Source of the DNA: Pelagibacteraceae bacterium
Lineage (GTDB): Bacteria; Pseudomonadota; Alphaproteobacteria; Pelagibacterales; Pelagibacteraceae
Length of the DNA: 60,711 nt
NCBI GenBank assembly: GCA_008638165.1
Contig: VTPL01000001.1
Location: 1 to 60,711 of the forward strand
Reading direction: 5' to 3'
In this document: positions 52,443-60,711 of the stretch, piece by piece
Layout of the letters: the number at the start of each line of letters is the position of its first letter
Position numbering within the stretch: the first letter of the stretch is position 1
Translations under genes and position numbers: made by a program
Notes under the pieces: model-generated
The model's database searches: none
The model's input: the letters and a program-made list of their open reading frames with translations, nothing else
Told to the model about the DNA's origin: nothing

Positions 52443-55400
52443 TTAATTAAGCTCCACGTTTAATGCTAATGATTTAATTTCTTTTACTAAGACGTTAAAT
52501 GACTCTGGAATACCAGATTCAAAGTTTTCTTCTCCTTTAACAATCGTTTCATAAACTTTAACACGTCCAGCAACGTCATCTGATTTTACAGTTAAAATTT
52601 CTTGTAAAGTATAAGATGCTCCATAAGCTTCAAGCGCCCATACTTCCATTTCACCAAATCTTTGACCACCCAATTGAGCTTTTCCACCTAATGGTTGTTG
52701 TGTAACCAAACTATAAGGACCTGTTGATCTAGCATGAATTTTATCCTCAACTAAGTGATGAAGTTTAAGCATATAAATAATACCAACAGTTACTGGTCTA
52801 TCAAACTTTTCTCCGGTTCTTCCATCCCACAAGAAAGTTTGGCCTGAACCTGGAAGTTTAGCTAATTCTAGCATTTCAGTAACATCTTTTTCTTTAGCTC
52901 CATCAAAAACTGGTGTCGAAATAGCAATACCGTTTTGAAGATTTTCACATAAGTCCCTGAATTCAGTTTTGTTTAATTTATCAACTTTTTCATTAAAAAT
53001 TTCTTCGCCGTAAACAGATTTTAAAAATTTTGCAATTTTTTCTGTTTTTTCAATTTTTTTATTATTTTCATTTACTAATCTTTTAACTTCTTCACCAAAC
53101 TCTTTACATGCCCAGCCTAAATGTGTTTCAAGAATTTGACCTACATTCATACGACTTGGTACACCAAGTGGATTTAGAACTATGTCTACTGGTCTTCCAT
53201 CTTCTCTATAAGGCATATCCTCAACTGGCACAATTTTACTGACAACACCTTTGTTACCATGTCTTCCTGACATCTTATCACCCGGTCTTAATCTTCTTTT
53301 AATTGCAACAAAAACTTTTACCATTTTCATCACACTTGGAAGCAAATCATCACCACTTCTAATTTTTAAAACCTTATCTTCAAATCTTTCAGTGATGTCC
53401 TGTTTTGCTTTATTATACTGGTCTTTTAACTGAGCCAATGTGGCTTCGTCATTTACATTGCCAACTGTAATTTTAAATACGTCGTTAATTCCAAGCTTAT
53501 CTATATTTTCAAACTCAAGCTTAGTACCTACGTCTAAATCTTTAACTTTTTTTGTTAATGATGCACCTGAAAAAATTTGTGCTGCTCTTTGCTTTATACT
53601 TCTCTCTAAAATTTCTTCCTCAACAATTTTATCTTGTTGAACTTGATCAATTTCAGCTCTTTCAATAGTTATCGATCTCTCATCTTTTTCAATACCGTGT
53701 CTGTTGAAAACTTTAACATCAACAACTGTACCACTGCTACCTCTAGACATTCTTAAAGATGTATCGGTAACATCTATTGCTTTTTCACCAAAAATTGATC
53801 TTAATAATTTTTCTTCTGGGCCAGAAGCTGAGTCACCTTTTGGAGTAACTTTACCAACTAATATATCTCCAGCATTAACTTCTGCTCCAATATACACAAT
53901 TCCTGACTCATCTAAGTTTTTTAAGGCTTCTTCATTTACATTGGGTATATCTCTAGTTATTTCTTCTTCACCTAACTTTGTATCTCTAGCCATTATCTCG
54001 TACTCAACAATGTGAACTGAGGTAAAAACATCATCTGTAACACATCTTTCAGAGATTAAAATTGAGTCCTCAAAATTATAACCTTGCCAAGGCATAAATG
54101 CTACTGTCACATTTTTTCCTAATGCTAATTCGCCTAACCTTGTAGAAGGTCCATCGGCAATTATATCTCCAGACTTAACTTTGTCACCAACTCTTACAAG
54201 TGGTCTTTGATTAATACATGTATTTTGGTTTGATCTTTTAAATTTTTGTAAATTATAGATATCAACACTAGATTTTGTAAAATCAGTTTCTTCAGTAACT
54301 TTTACAACAATTCTTTTTCCATCAATTTTATCAACTACACCGTCTCTTTTGGCTACAATTGTAACACCAGAGTCAAGCGCCACATCACTTTCAATACCTG
54401 TACCAACTAATGGAGACTCAGGTTTTAACAATGGCACCGCTTGTCTCATCATGTTTGATCCCATCAAAGCCCTGTTGGCATCATCATTTTCTAAAAATGG
54501 GATTAATGAAGCAGCAACTGACACAAGTTGCTTTGGTGATACGTCTATATAATCAATAGTTTCTGGTTTAGATAATAAAAAGTTTAAGTTTTGTCTGCAA
54601 GAAACAAGTTCTTCAATAATTTTACCGTTCTTATCAATTTTAGTATTTGCCTGAGCAATAGTAAATTTTGTTTCTTCCATTGCAGATAAATATTCGACCT
54701 TATCTTGCACAACACCATCCTTAACTCTCTTGTATGGACTTTCTATAAACCCATATTTGTTAATTTTTGCATAAGTTGATAAACTATTAATTAAACCAAT
54801 ATTCGGTCCCTCGGGAGTTTCGATTGGACAAATTCTTCCGTAATGTGTTGGATGAACATCACGCACTTCAAATCCAGCTCTTTCTCTTGTAAGACCTCCT
54901 GGCCCTAATGCCGAAACTCTTCTTTTGTGTGTTATTTCTGAAAGTGGATTTGTTTGATCCATGAATTGTGATAATTGAGAACTTGCAAAAAAATCTTTTA
55001 AGGAAACTGTTAGTGGTTTTGCATTAATCAAATCTTGTGGCATCGCAGACTCGATATCAAGTGTAGTCATTTTTTCTTTAATCGCTCTTTCCATTCTGTA
55101 GACACCAATTCTTGCTTGGTTTTCAACTAACTCACCCACAGATCGAACTCTTCTATTACCTAAATGATCAATATCATCGACATCATCTTTGCCGTCTCTT
55201 AGATCAAGCATCTTGTGAACTATAGCTATAATGTCATCATTACGTAAAATTGTTATCTTGTCTGAACACTCCAAATTTAATCTTGAGTTCATTTTTACTC
55301 TACCTACATCTGAAAGATCGTATCTGTCTGAACTAAAAAATAGATTATTAAATATCTGAGTAGCAATTTCTATTGTTGGAGGCTCGCCTGGTCTAAGCAT

Positions 55401-56531
55401 TTTATAGATTTCAGTAATTGCCTCTTCTTTTGTATTATTTTTATCATTTAACAACGTTATTAATAAGTACGGACCCTTATTAATTGAGTTGGTTACTGAT
55501 ATATCTAAAGAGTGAATATTAGCATCTAATATTTGCTGAATTACAGCATCATTTATCTCAGTACCGATTTTAAAAATTCCTTCTTCCTCGTCATCACTTA
55601 CTTTGATATCTTTATGTAAAAATTTTCCATACAATGACTCTCTTGAAACCAATATATCTTTAAGACCATCATTTGCTAATTTCTTGGCATTTAAATAATT
55701 AATTTTTTCACCTAATTTGATTACAACATTGCCTGTTTTTGCATCTATAACTTCTTCAGAAAAGTTTTTTGCTTTATAATTTTCAGGATTAAACTTAGTT
55801 TTCCATTTTTGAGTTTTAGGATCAAATGTAAATTGTTCTTTGTCATAAAATTCATTTGCAATTTCTGACTTGGAATAACCAAGTGCCATTAATAGAGTTG
55901 AAGCTAATATTTTTTTCTTTCTATCAATTTTAAAATATAAAAAATCCTTAACATCATATTCAAAATCCAACCATGAACCTCTGTTTGGAATAACTCTACA
56001 ATTAAATAAAAGTTTACCACTTGCATGTGTTTTACCTTTATCATGATCAAAAAATACTCCAGGACTTCTATGCATTTGGTTTACAACAACTCTTTGAACA
56101 CCATTAGTGATAAACGTACCACTATTAGTCATCATGGGCACTTCACCCATGTAAACTTCCTGTTCTTTCGCTGATAAAATGTCTTTAGTATTGTTTTCTT
56201 GATCTATTTCATAAACTACTAATCTTAGAGTACATTTTAGTGCTGAAGAATAAGTTAGACCTCTTGCGATACATTCCTCAACATCAAATTTTGGTTTTTC
56301 TAATCTGTATGAAACATATTCTAAAGTTGCCTTATCATTTAAATCTTCAATTGGAAAAATGCTTTTAAAAACACGATCAAAGCCTTTTGTAATTTCTGCA
56401 TCTTTAACAAAATCTGTTAATTCATCGTAAGAATTTTTTTGTACTTCAATTAGATTAGGAATAGATAAACTTTCTTTAAGTTTACCAAAATTTTTACGGA
56501 TATTCTTTTTTTCAGTAAAAGATATTTGCAT
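52443..56531 (-). CDS. rpoB: RNA polymerase beta subunit
   Basis: [18 protein letters not shown]; [12 protein letters not shown]; GGQRFGEME. Confidence 0.99.
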   Translation of the reverse strand: MQISFTEKKNIRKNFGKLKESLSIPNLIEVQKNSYDELTDFVKDAEITKGFDRVFKSIFPIEDLNDKATLEYVSYRLEKPKFDVEECIARGLTYSSALKCTLRLVVYEIDQENNTKDILSAKEQEVYMGEVPMMTNSGTFITNGVQRVVVNQMHRSPGVFFDHDKGKTHASGKLLFNCRVIPNRGSWLDFEYDVKDFLYFKIDRKKKILASTLLMALGYSKSEIANEFYDKEQFTFDPKTQKWKTKFNPENYKAKNFSEEVIDAKTGNVVIKLGEKINYLNAKKLANDGLKDILVSRESLYGKFLHKDIKVSDDEEEGIFKIGTEINDAVIQQILDANIHSLDISVTNSINKGPYLLITLLNDKNNTKEEAITEIYKMLRPGEPPTIEIATQIFNNLFFSSDRYDLSDVGRVKMNSRLNLECSDKITILRNDDIIAIVHKMLDLRDGKDDVDDIDHLGNRRVRSVGELVENQARIGVYRMERAIKEKMTTLDIESAMPQDLINAKPLTVSLKDFFASSQLSQFMDQTNPLSEITHKRRVSALGPGGLTRERAGFEVRDVHPTHYGRICPIETPEGPNIGLINSLSTYAKINKYGFIESPYKRVKDGVVQDKVEYLSAMEETKFTIAQANTKIDKNGKIIEELVSCRQNLNFLLSKPETIDYIDVSPKQLVSVAASLIPFLENDDANRALMGSNMMRQAVPLLKPESPLVGTGIESDVALDSGVTIVAKRDGVVDKIDGKRIVVKVTEETDFTKSSVDIYNLQKFKRSNQNTCINQRPLVRVGDKVKSGDIIADGPSTRLGELALGKNVTVAFMPWQGYNFEDSILISERCVTDDVFTSVHIVEYEIMARDTKLGEEEITRDIPNVNEEALKNLDESGIVYIGAEVNAGDILVGKVTPKGDSASGPEEKLLRSIFGEKAIDVTDTSLRMSRGSSGTVVDVKVFNRHGIEKDERSITIERAEIDQVQQDKIVEEEILERSIKQRAAQIFSGASLTKKVKDLDVGTKLEFENIDKLGINDVFKITVGNVNDEATLAQLKDQYNKAKQDITERFEDKVLKIRSGDDLLPSVMKMVKVFVAIKRRLRPGDKMSGRHGNKGVVSKIVPVEDMPYREDGRPVDIVLNPLGVPSRMNVGQILETHLGWACKEFGEEVKRLVNENNKKIEKTEKIAKFLKSVYGEEIFNEKVDKLNKTEFRDLCENLQNGIAISTPVFDGAKEKDVTEMLELAKLPGSGQTFLWDGRTGEKFDRPVTVGIIYMLKLHHLVEDKIHARSTGPYSLVTQQPLGGKAQLGGQRFGEMEVWALEAYGASYTLQEILTVKSDDVAGRVKVYETIVKGEENFESGIPESFNVLVKEIKSLALNVELN

Positions 56532-56542
56532 CTATATTTTAG

Positions 56543-56568
56543 AACTGATTAAAAAAATTTAACCAGTT
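56543..56568 (-). promoter_or_regulatory. Stem-loop in the rplL-rpoB spacer (attenuation, pause or processing candidate)
   Basis: RNA AACUGGUUAAA-UUUU-UUUAAUCAGUU: 11-bp stem with one G-U pair, no 3' U-tract. Confidence 0.55.
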
Positions 56569-56588
56569 TTGAATTCTTTCTAATTTAT

Positions 56589-56954
56589 TTATTTTAATTC
56601 TACTTTTGCGCCCGCAGCTTCTAATTTAGCTTTGATTTCTTCAGCTTCTTTTTTTGGAACACCTGATTTAACTTCTTTAGGAGCACCTTCGACTAAATCT
56701 TTTGCTTCTTTTAAACCAAGAGAAGTTGCTGCTCTCACTTCTTTGATAACATTAATTTTTTTATCACCTGCTGAAACTAGCATAATTGTAAAATCATCTT
56801 TGTCAGCCGCTGCTTCACCGCCGCCTGCTGCTGCAGGAGCTGCTGCTGCCATTGGAGTAACACCCCATTTTTCTTCTAGTTGTTTTGAAAGTTCTGCAGC
56901 TTCAGCTACAGATAAACTTGATAGGTCTTCAATAATTTTATTTAGGTCTGGCAT
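56589..56954 (-). CDS. rplL: 50S ribosomal protein L7/L12
   Basis: Ala/Gly hinge; KINVIKEVR; [11 protein letters not shown]. Confidence 0.99.
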   Translation of the reverse strand: MPDLNKIIEDLSSLSVAEAAELSKQLEEKWGVTPMAAAAPAAAGGGEAAADKDDFTIMLVSAGDKKINVIKEVRAATSLGLKEAKDLVEGAPKEVKSGVPKKEAEEIKAKLEAAGAKVELK

Positions 56955-56959
56955 AGTAT

Positions 56960-57481
56960 CTACTCTTTAGGTTGTGTTTCTGAATTTTCTGGGGACAAAC
57001 TACTCATTTTTTCCGATCGTGCAAGTAAAATACTCACTAATTTAGATGCAGGAGCATTTAAAATACCCACAATATTTGCTCTAGCCTCATCCAAAGTTGG
57101 TAGATTTGCTACATTTTGGACACCAGCTTGATCTAAAACTTCATTATCCATTATTCCACCGATAAGTTTTAGACTTTCATTCTCTTTTGCAAATTTTGAA
57201 AGAATTCTTGCAGACATAATCGCATCTTCACCAAATGCAACGGCTGTAGGTCCTGTGAAAAGATTAGATAAATCTTTGCACTTAGTTTTTTCTAAAGCAA
57301 GCTTAGTAATTCTGTTTTTTGTAATTTTAAATACTATTCCGTGTTCTCTCATTTTAGATCGTAATTCATCTAATTGAGGCATAGTTAAACCTTGATAATG
57401 AGTAACCAATACAGCTTTACTATTTTCGAACTGATTAGTCATATCAGCTATATAAGTCTTTTTTTGTTCTTTATTCATCAT
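56960..57481 (-). CDS. rplJ: 50S ribosomal protein L10
   Basis: YQGLT; KNR; GPTA; LPTLDE. Confidence 0.96.
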   Translation of the reverse strand: MMNKEQKKTYIADMTNQFENSKAVLVTHYQGLTMPQLDELRSKMREHGIVFKITKNRITKLALEKTKCKDLSNLFTGPTAVAFGEDAIMSARILSKFAKENESLKLIGGIMDNEVLDQAGVQNVANLPTLDEARANIVGILNAPASKLVSILLARSEKMSSLSPENSETQPKE

Positions 57482-57485
57482 AAGA

Positions 57486-58175
57486 TTAAATCGCTTTACC
57501 TAATTTTAATTTATAAGAAACACCCATTGTTGAAGTGATAAAACTATTTTTTATTAAATCACCTTTTAATGTGTTGTTAGATTTTTCTTTATCAAGTGCA
57601 TCAAGTACTGCATTATAATTCTTTATTAATTGTTCATCACTAAAAGATTTTTTACCAATGCTTACTCCAATATTTCCATCTTTATCATTTCTAATTTCTG
57701 CTTGACCAGATTTTGCATCTGTAATTGCTGTTTTTAAATCTTCTGTAACAGAGCCAAGTTTTGGATTAGGCATTAACCCTTTAGGACCTAAAACTTTTCC
57801 AAGTTTAGAAAGTTTAATCATCATTGCAGGAGTACAAATTAATTTTTCAAAATTCATTTCACCTGATTTAATTTTATCTATAAATTCATCACCACCTACA
57901 ATATCAGCACCTGCATCTTTTGCTTCTGTGGCTTTAGTATCTTCACAAACAACAGCGACTTTAACTTTTTTACCAGTACCTCCAGGTAAATTTACAACTG
58001 TTCTAATGTTAACTTCGCTTTTCTTTTGCTTGTTATTTATTTGAAAACTTAAATCAATAGACTCATCAAATTTGGTTGTACAATTTTTTTTAACCTCAGG
58101 AATTAATTTCTCAATTACTTCAGAAGGTAGATCAGAAGTTTTTTCTGGAAGTTTTTTAAATCTTTTCGAAGCCAT
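57486..58175 (-). CDS. rplA: 50S ribosomal protein L1
   Basis: KFDES; LGPKGLMPNPK; STMG. Confidence 0.98.
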   Translation of the reverse strand: MASKRFKKLPEKTSDLPSEVIEKLIPEVKKNCTTKFDESIDLSFQINNKQKKSEVNIRTVVNLPGGTGKKVKVAVVCEDTKATEAKDAGADIVGGDEFIDKIKSGEMNFEKLICTPAMMIKLSKLGKVLGPKGLMPNPKLGSVTEDLKTAITDAKSGQAEIRNDKDGNIGVSIGKKSFSDEQLIKNYNAVLDALDKEKSNNTLKGDLIKNSFITSTMGVSYKLKLGKAI

Positions 58176-58606
58176 TATTCTTTTACCTCTATCCCCATAG
58201 ATCTTGCAGATCCTGAAATAATTTTTACTGCTTGATCTAAATCTAATGCATTTAAATCATTCATTTTTTGATTTGCAATTTCTTCAACTTGTTTTCTTGT
58301 TATTGAAGCAACTATGTTTCTACCAGGTTCTTTTGATCCACTTTTTAATTTTGCTGCTTCTCTGATAAAATAAGAAGCTGGAGGTGATTTAATTTTAAAA
58401 TCAAATTTTTTATCTTTATATACTGTGATTTCAACAGGAACAGGTTTGCCTGCCATTGATTTGGTTTTATCATTGAACGCTTTACAGAATTCCATAATAT
58501 TAACCCCACGTTGACCTAAAGCAGGTCCAACCGGTGGTGCAGGATTGGCTTGACCACCATTAATTTGTAATTTTATAAATCCACTAATTTCTTTTTTTGC
58601 AGCCAT
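58175..58606 (-). CDS. rplK: 50S ribosomal protein L11
   Basis: [12 protein letters not shown]; FCKAFN; GSARSMG. Confidence 0.99.
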   Translation of the reverse strand: MAAKKEISGFIKLQINGGQANPAPPVGPALGQRGVNIMEFCKAFNDKTKSMAGKPVPVEITVYKDKKFDFKIKSPPASYFIREAAKLKSGSKEPGRNIVASITRKQVEEIANQKMNDLNALDLDQAVKIISGSARSMGIEVKE

Positions 58607-59136
58607 TAACTTGCTTTCTCCACTTGATTATATTCTAATTCAACTGGTGTTGGACGTCCAAATATAGAAACTGAAACCTTAAGTCTAGACTTTTCTTCAT
58701 CTATTTCTTCAACTAAACCGCTGAAAGAAGCAAAAGGTCCATCAACAACCTGAACTTTTTCACCAACGCTGTACTCTATACCAGATTTTGGTTGGGCTAC
58801 ACCATCTTTTATTTGACCTAAAATCTTTTCAATTTCTTTATCAGAAACTGGAACAGGAATGCCTTTTGTTCCTAAAAAACCACTAACTCTCTTTATATTC
58901 TTAATCATATGATAAATATTATTGTCCATCTCACTTTTAATTAAGACATAACCAGGAAAATACTTCTTTTTTCTCTGAGTTCTTTTCCCACGTTTTACTT
59001 CTGTAACATCATGAGTTGGAACCACTATTTCCTCAAATTTATCTGAAATTTTAGCTTTTTCCGCTTCCTCTCTAATTAAACCAGCAACTTTATTCTCAAA
59101 ACTAGAGTGTGATTGCACTATGTACCAGTTTTTCAT
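58606..59136 (-). CDS. nusG: Transcription termination/antitermination factor NusG
   Basis: WYIV; FPGYV; GPFASF.G; [10 protein letters not shown]. Confidence 0.98.
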   Translation of the reverse strand: MKNWYIVQSHSSFENKVAGLIREEAEKAKISDKFEEIVVPTHDVTEVKRGKRTQRKKKYFPGYVLIKSEMDNNIYHMIKNIKRVSGFLGTKGIPVPVSDKEIEKILGQIKDGVAQPKSGIEYSVGEKVQVVDGPFASFSGLVEEIDEEKSRLKVSVSIFGRPTPVELEYNQVEKAS

Positions 59137-59327
59137 TATATGCTTACCTTTAATAGTAATTCTAGGAAGAATTTTAAAACTTGATCAAGAAGTAAAAAGA
59201 ATAAAGACATAACTACTGCCATTGCAAAAACCATTAAGGCCCCTTGCAATGTTTCTTTGCCTGTTGGCCAAGAGACTTTGAAAGCCTCTTGCTTAACTTC
59301 TTGAATAAATTTCATTGGGTTCTTCAT
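59136..59327 (-). CDS. secE: Preprotein translocase SecE (single TM)
   Basis: F..EV..E..KVSWPT followed by one TM helix; between tRNA-Trp and nusG. Confidence 0.96.
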   Translation of the reverse strand: MKNPMKFIQEVKQEAFKVSWPTGKETLQGALMVFAMAVVMSLFFLLLDQVLKFFLELLLKVSI

Positions 59328-59343
59328 AATAATTAAACTCGAT

Positions 59344-59419
59344 TGGCAGGAGCGGAGGGACTCGAACCCTCAGCCTCCGGTTTTGGAGACCGGCGCTCTA
59401 CCAATTGAGCTACACTCCT
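59344..59419 (-). tRNA. tRNA-Trp(CCA)
   Basis: Reverse complement AGGAGTGTAGCTCAATTGGTAGAGCG-CCGGT-CT-CCA-AA-ACCGG...GGTTCGAGTCC...GCCA. Confidence 0.97.
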
Positions 59420-59428
59420 ATATAGAGT

Positions 59429-60619
59429 TTACTCTATAATTTTAGTTACTACTCCAGCTCCTACAGTTCTACCACCTTCTCTGATCGCGAAATTTAACTT
59501 TTCAGACATCGCAATTGGAGTGATTAGTTTTACTGTAAATTTAGCATCATCACCTGGCATTACCATTTCAGTTCCAGCTGGTAATTCAACTTCACCAGTT
59601 ACGTCTGTTGTTCTGAAATAAAACTGAGGTCTGTACTTAGTAAAGAAAGGAGTGTGTCTTCCACCCTCTTCTTTTTTAAGAACATACGCTTGAGCTTCAA
59701 ATTTAGTATGTGGTGTAACAGATCCTGGCTTACAAAGAACTTGTCCTCTTTCAATGTCATCTCTTTCAATACCTCTAAGTAGTACACCTACGTTGTCACC
59801 AGCTTCACCTGAATCTAAAAGTTTTCTAAACATTTCAACACCAGTACAAACTGATTTTTTAGTTTCTTTAATACCAACGATTTCAACTTCATCACCAGTT
59901 TTAAGCACACCAGATTCTACTCTTCCAGTTGCAACAGTACCTCTACCAGAGATAGAGAATACATCCTCTACAGGCATCAAGAAATCTTTATCTTTTGGTC
60001 TATCTGGTTGAGGAATGAATTCATCAACATTTTTCATTAATTCTAAAATTGAATTTTTACCAATTTCATCATCTCTTCCTTCAACTGCAGCAAGGGCTGA
60101 ACCTTTTGCAATTGGAGTTTTATCTCCTGGGAATTTATATGAAGTTAATAATTCTCTAATTTCTTCTTCAACTAGTTCAATCATTTCTTTATCATCAACT
60201 TGGTCTACTTTATTTAAGTAAACAACAATAGCTGGAACACCAACTTGTCTTGCTAAAAGAATGTGTTCTCTAGTTTGAGGCATAGGACCATCAGCTGCAT
60301 TAACAACAAGAATTGCTCCATCCATTTGTGCAGCACCTGTAATCATATTTTTTACATAGTCAGCGTGGCCTGGGCAATCTACGTGAGCGTAATGTCTTTT
60401 TTCTGTTTCATACTCAACGTGCGCAGTTGAAATTGTAATTCCTCTTTCTTTTTCTTCTGGAGCTTTATCAATTTCATCATAGGCAACTGCTTTACCACCA
60501 CTTGCTTCTGCTAATACTTTAGTGATCGCTGCGGTTAGAGTTGTTTTACCGTGGTCGACATGACCAATTGTTCCAATGTTACAATGCGGTTTATTTCTTA
60601 CAAATTTTTCTTTTGACAT
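59429..60619 (-). CDS. tuf: Elongation factor Tu
   Basis: [25 protein letters not shown]; GAGGT Shine-Dalgarno upstream. Confidence 0.99.
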   Translation of the reverse strand: MSKEKFVRNKPHCNIGTIGHVDHGKTTLTAAITKVLAEASGGKAVAYDEIDKAPEEKERGITISTAHVEYETEKRHYAHVDCPGHADYVKNMITGAAQMDGAILVVNAADGPMPQTREHILLARQVGVPAIVVYLNKVDQVDDKEMIELVEEEIRELLTSYKFPGDKTPIAKGSALAAVEGRDDEIGKNSILELMKNVDEFIPQPDRPKDKDFLMPVEDVFSISGRGTVATGRVESGVLKTGDEVEIVGIKETKKSVCTGVEMFRKLLDSGEAGDNVGVLLRGIERDDIERGQVLCKPGSVTPHTKFEAQAYVLKKEEGGRHTPFFTKYRPQFYFRTTDVTGEVELPAGTEMVMPGDDAKFTVKLITPIAMSEKLNFAIREGGRTVGAGVVTKIIE

Positions 60620-60662
60620 TACTTTATTACCTCAGTTTTTATTTTTATTAATAATTTTTTCT

Positions 60663-60711
60663 TGGAGCGGGTAAAGGGAATCGAACCCTTACATCCAGCT
60701 TGGAAGGCTAG
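60663..60711 (-). tRNA. tRNA-Gly(TCC), 5' part outside the window
   Basis: Reverse complement CTAGC-CT-TCC-AA-GCTGG...GGTTCGATTCC...CCCGC-T-CCA. Confidence 0.92.

Noticed and set aside
52438-52446. rpoB-rpoC fusion as in Wolbachia or Helicobacter
   Set aside because: rpoB ends in TAA and rpoC starts 2 bp later in a different frame.
47739-55000. Antibiotic-resistance alleles in rpsL or rpoB
   Set aside because: S12 PKKPNS and RVKDLP, and the RpoB cluster I residues (Q, D, H, S), match the sensitive consensus.
1785-60221. About 30 short alternative-frame or antisense ORFs in the track (e.g. 11624-11965, 29519-29833, 35734-36075, 46084-46428, 56632-56970)
   Set aside because: All lie within or opposite well-conserved genes and show no recognisable motifs; they are shadow ORFs expected from codon bias.
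1-60711. CRISPR arrays, IS elements, prophage or defence systems
   Set aside because: No spaced repeats, transposase, integrase or phage-like ORFs were seen; nearly all bases are accounted for by recognisable housekeeping genes.

Overview
Very AT-rich (about 30% GC by eye), extremely gene-dense core-chromosome segment. Gene content, gene order, tiny or overlapping intergenic spaces and protein sequences point to a streamlined marine alphaproteobacterium of the SAR11 clade (Pelagibacterales); this is an inference, not a database match. The left half (1-32 kb) holds pyrE(partial)-rel/spoT-folK-smpB-dapA, an Slt70-type lytic transglycosylase, tRNA-Ser(GCT), soxBDAG followed by an orphan cyclohexadienyl-dehydratase-like binding protein and a permease, a gatCAB-O-methyltransferase-trhO-MATE-nuclease run, ruvX-pyrB-pyrC'-plsY-topA-rid, galU-ugd, panC, mgtE, lipB and rluC. 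The right half (32-60.7 kb) is one fused minus-strand superoperon: tRNA-Gly-tuf-tRNA-Trp-secE-nusG-rplKAJL-rpoBC-rpsLG-fusA-S10-spc-adk-alpha. I saw no mobile element, prophage, CRISPR array or defence system. The two best candidates for an undescribed system are hypotheses: (1) an O-methyltransferase translationally coupled to trhO behind gatCAB, possibly a TrhO plus TrmR-like 5-methoxyuridine tRNA pathway; (2) a sox-linked importer with an orphan binding protein, a permease carrying a lipoprotein signal peptide, and no ATPase gene.
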